Shown here: piece by piece, positions 63,060 to 64,000 of the stretch
How the letters are laid out: each line of letters starts with the position of its first letter
How positions within the stretch are numbered: position 1 is the first letter of the stretch
Source: Vicugna vicugna
Lineage: Eukaryota
NCBI GenBank assembly: GCA_013265495.1
Contig: MU057640.1
Coordinates: forward strand, 1,187,303-1,251,302
Direction: 5' to 3'
DNA: 64,000 bases
Notes under the pieces: model-generated
The model's database searches: none
Told to the model about the DNA's origin: nothing
What the model saw: only the letters and a program-made list of their open reading frames with translations
Made by a program: the position numbers and the translations under genes

Positions 63060-64000
63060 TTTTCTAGCTTTAGTGAGATTATGAGTGACAAATGAAGAAG
63101 TGTATATAAGTGTATAAGGTACACAATGTGATGTTTTGATTTACATATATGTTGTGGAATGATTACCACAAAAGCTGTTATGTATCTATCACCTTACATT
63201 GTTGCCTTTTTTTTTTCCTTCTAGTGAGAACATTTGAGACCAAGTATATAATATGTTATTATTAACTATAATCACTATGCTGTACATTAGGTATCCAGAA
63301 CTTACTTACCTCATAACTGAAAGTTTGTGCCCTTTAACAAACATCTCCCCCATAAAATGGTACAGACTGAGAAAAGAAACAGAAAAGAATTTTCCATTGA
63401 ACTTTATATTTGTAGAATACTGGTTTACCAAAATATTTCTATCTAAAGTATTACCCACAAAAACAGTATACAGATCTCAGTATCTAATAGTAAAATTTAA
63501 CAAGTGGGGTGTATAATTACAATAACTGTTAAATGCTAGCATGATATGTATATAATAAAACTACATTTATTTTTTGCCAAGGTGCAATGCTCTAATAAAA
63601 TACTGCTTTATAAAATGATTTACATTTTAATCAAAACAATATTTTCCACCTGTATCTGAGGATAGCCAATTCGTTACTTAAATGTTTGAAAAAAATTAAT
63701 GATGAAAAATAAAAATGGTATAAGTGCAAAAAAAAACAACAACAAAAAACAAACATCTCCCCTTTTTCCCCATCCCCTAGCCCCTGGTAACACCATTCTG
63801 CTCTCTCTTATTGTAAGTTTGACTTCCTTTTTAGATTTAACATATAAATCGATCATGCGGTATTTGTTTTTCTATGCCTGGTTTATTTCACTTAGCATAA
63901 TGTTCTCAGGGTTCATCTACATCCCACATGGCAGGATTTCCTTCTTTTCTTAGGGCTAAATAATATTGCCTTAAATTCATTTTTTTCACATTTTCTTTAT
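63060..64000 (-). mobile_element. L1MA9-like 3' UTR split by a retrocopy insertion
   Basis: tattaactataatcactatgctgtacattaggtatccagaacttac...gtgccctttaacaaacatctcccc resumes after 63762 as ttttccccatcccctagcccctggtaacaccattctgctctct. Confidence 0.88.
63351..63747 (+). pseudogene. 5'-truncated retrocopy (processed 3' end of an unidentified transcript)
   Basis: AT-rich non-L1 insert; AATAAA 63708-63713, A tail 63728-63747; perfect 15-bp TSD AACAAACATCTCCCC at 63336-63350 and 63748-63762; TTT/AA endonuclease-type site. Confidence 0.8.

Noticed and set aside
1..64000. CRISPR arrays, operons or other prokaryote/phage-type systems
   Set aside because: The sequence is mammalian and repeat-rich; no regularly spaced repeat-spacer array or gene-dense coding region was seen.

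Overview
Mammalian genomic DNA, very likely a camelid (camel, alpaca or llama): it carries a tRNA-Ala-derived SINE of the camelid Vic-1 type and artiodactyl-type L1 3' ends. The window is intergenic or intronic and dominated by transposable elements (L1, L2, MIR, MaLR/ERVL/ERV1 LTRs, hAT DNA transposons). I could not recognise any protein-coding exon, genuine RNA gene, CRISPR array or prokaryote-like system, and nearly all ORFs in the track are repeat-derived or chance ORFs. Best-supported structures: (i) a complete two-LTR, non-autonomous ERV1-type provirus on the minus strand (32445-37758) with a tRNA-Arg(ACG) PBS and a PPT, whose LTRs have decayed asymmetrically; (ii) a ~400-bp polyadenylated non-repeat insert with a perfect 15-bp TSD inside an L1 (63351-63747), probably a retrocopied mRNA 3' end; (iii) an unassigned CpG-rich promoter/enhancer at ~23.1-23.6 kb with NF-kB, AP-1, ETS and GC-box motifs, followed by a 253-codon ORF in a strong Kozak context. 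Repeat family names come from remembered consensus sequences, not a database search, and boundaries of old repeats are approximate. I found no convincing evidence of a wholly new biological system; the findings are hypotheses to test.
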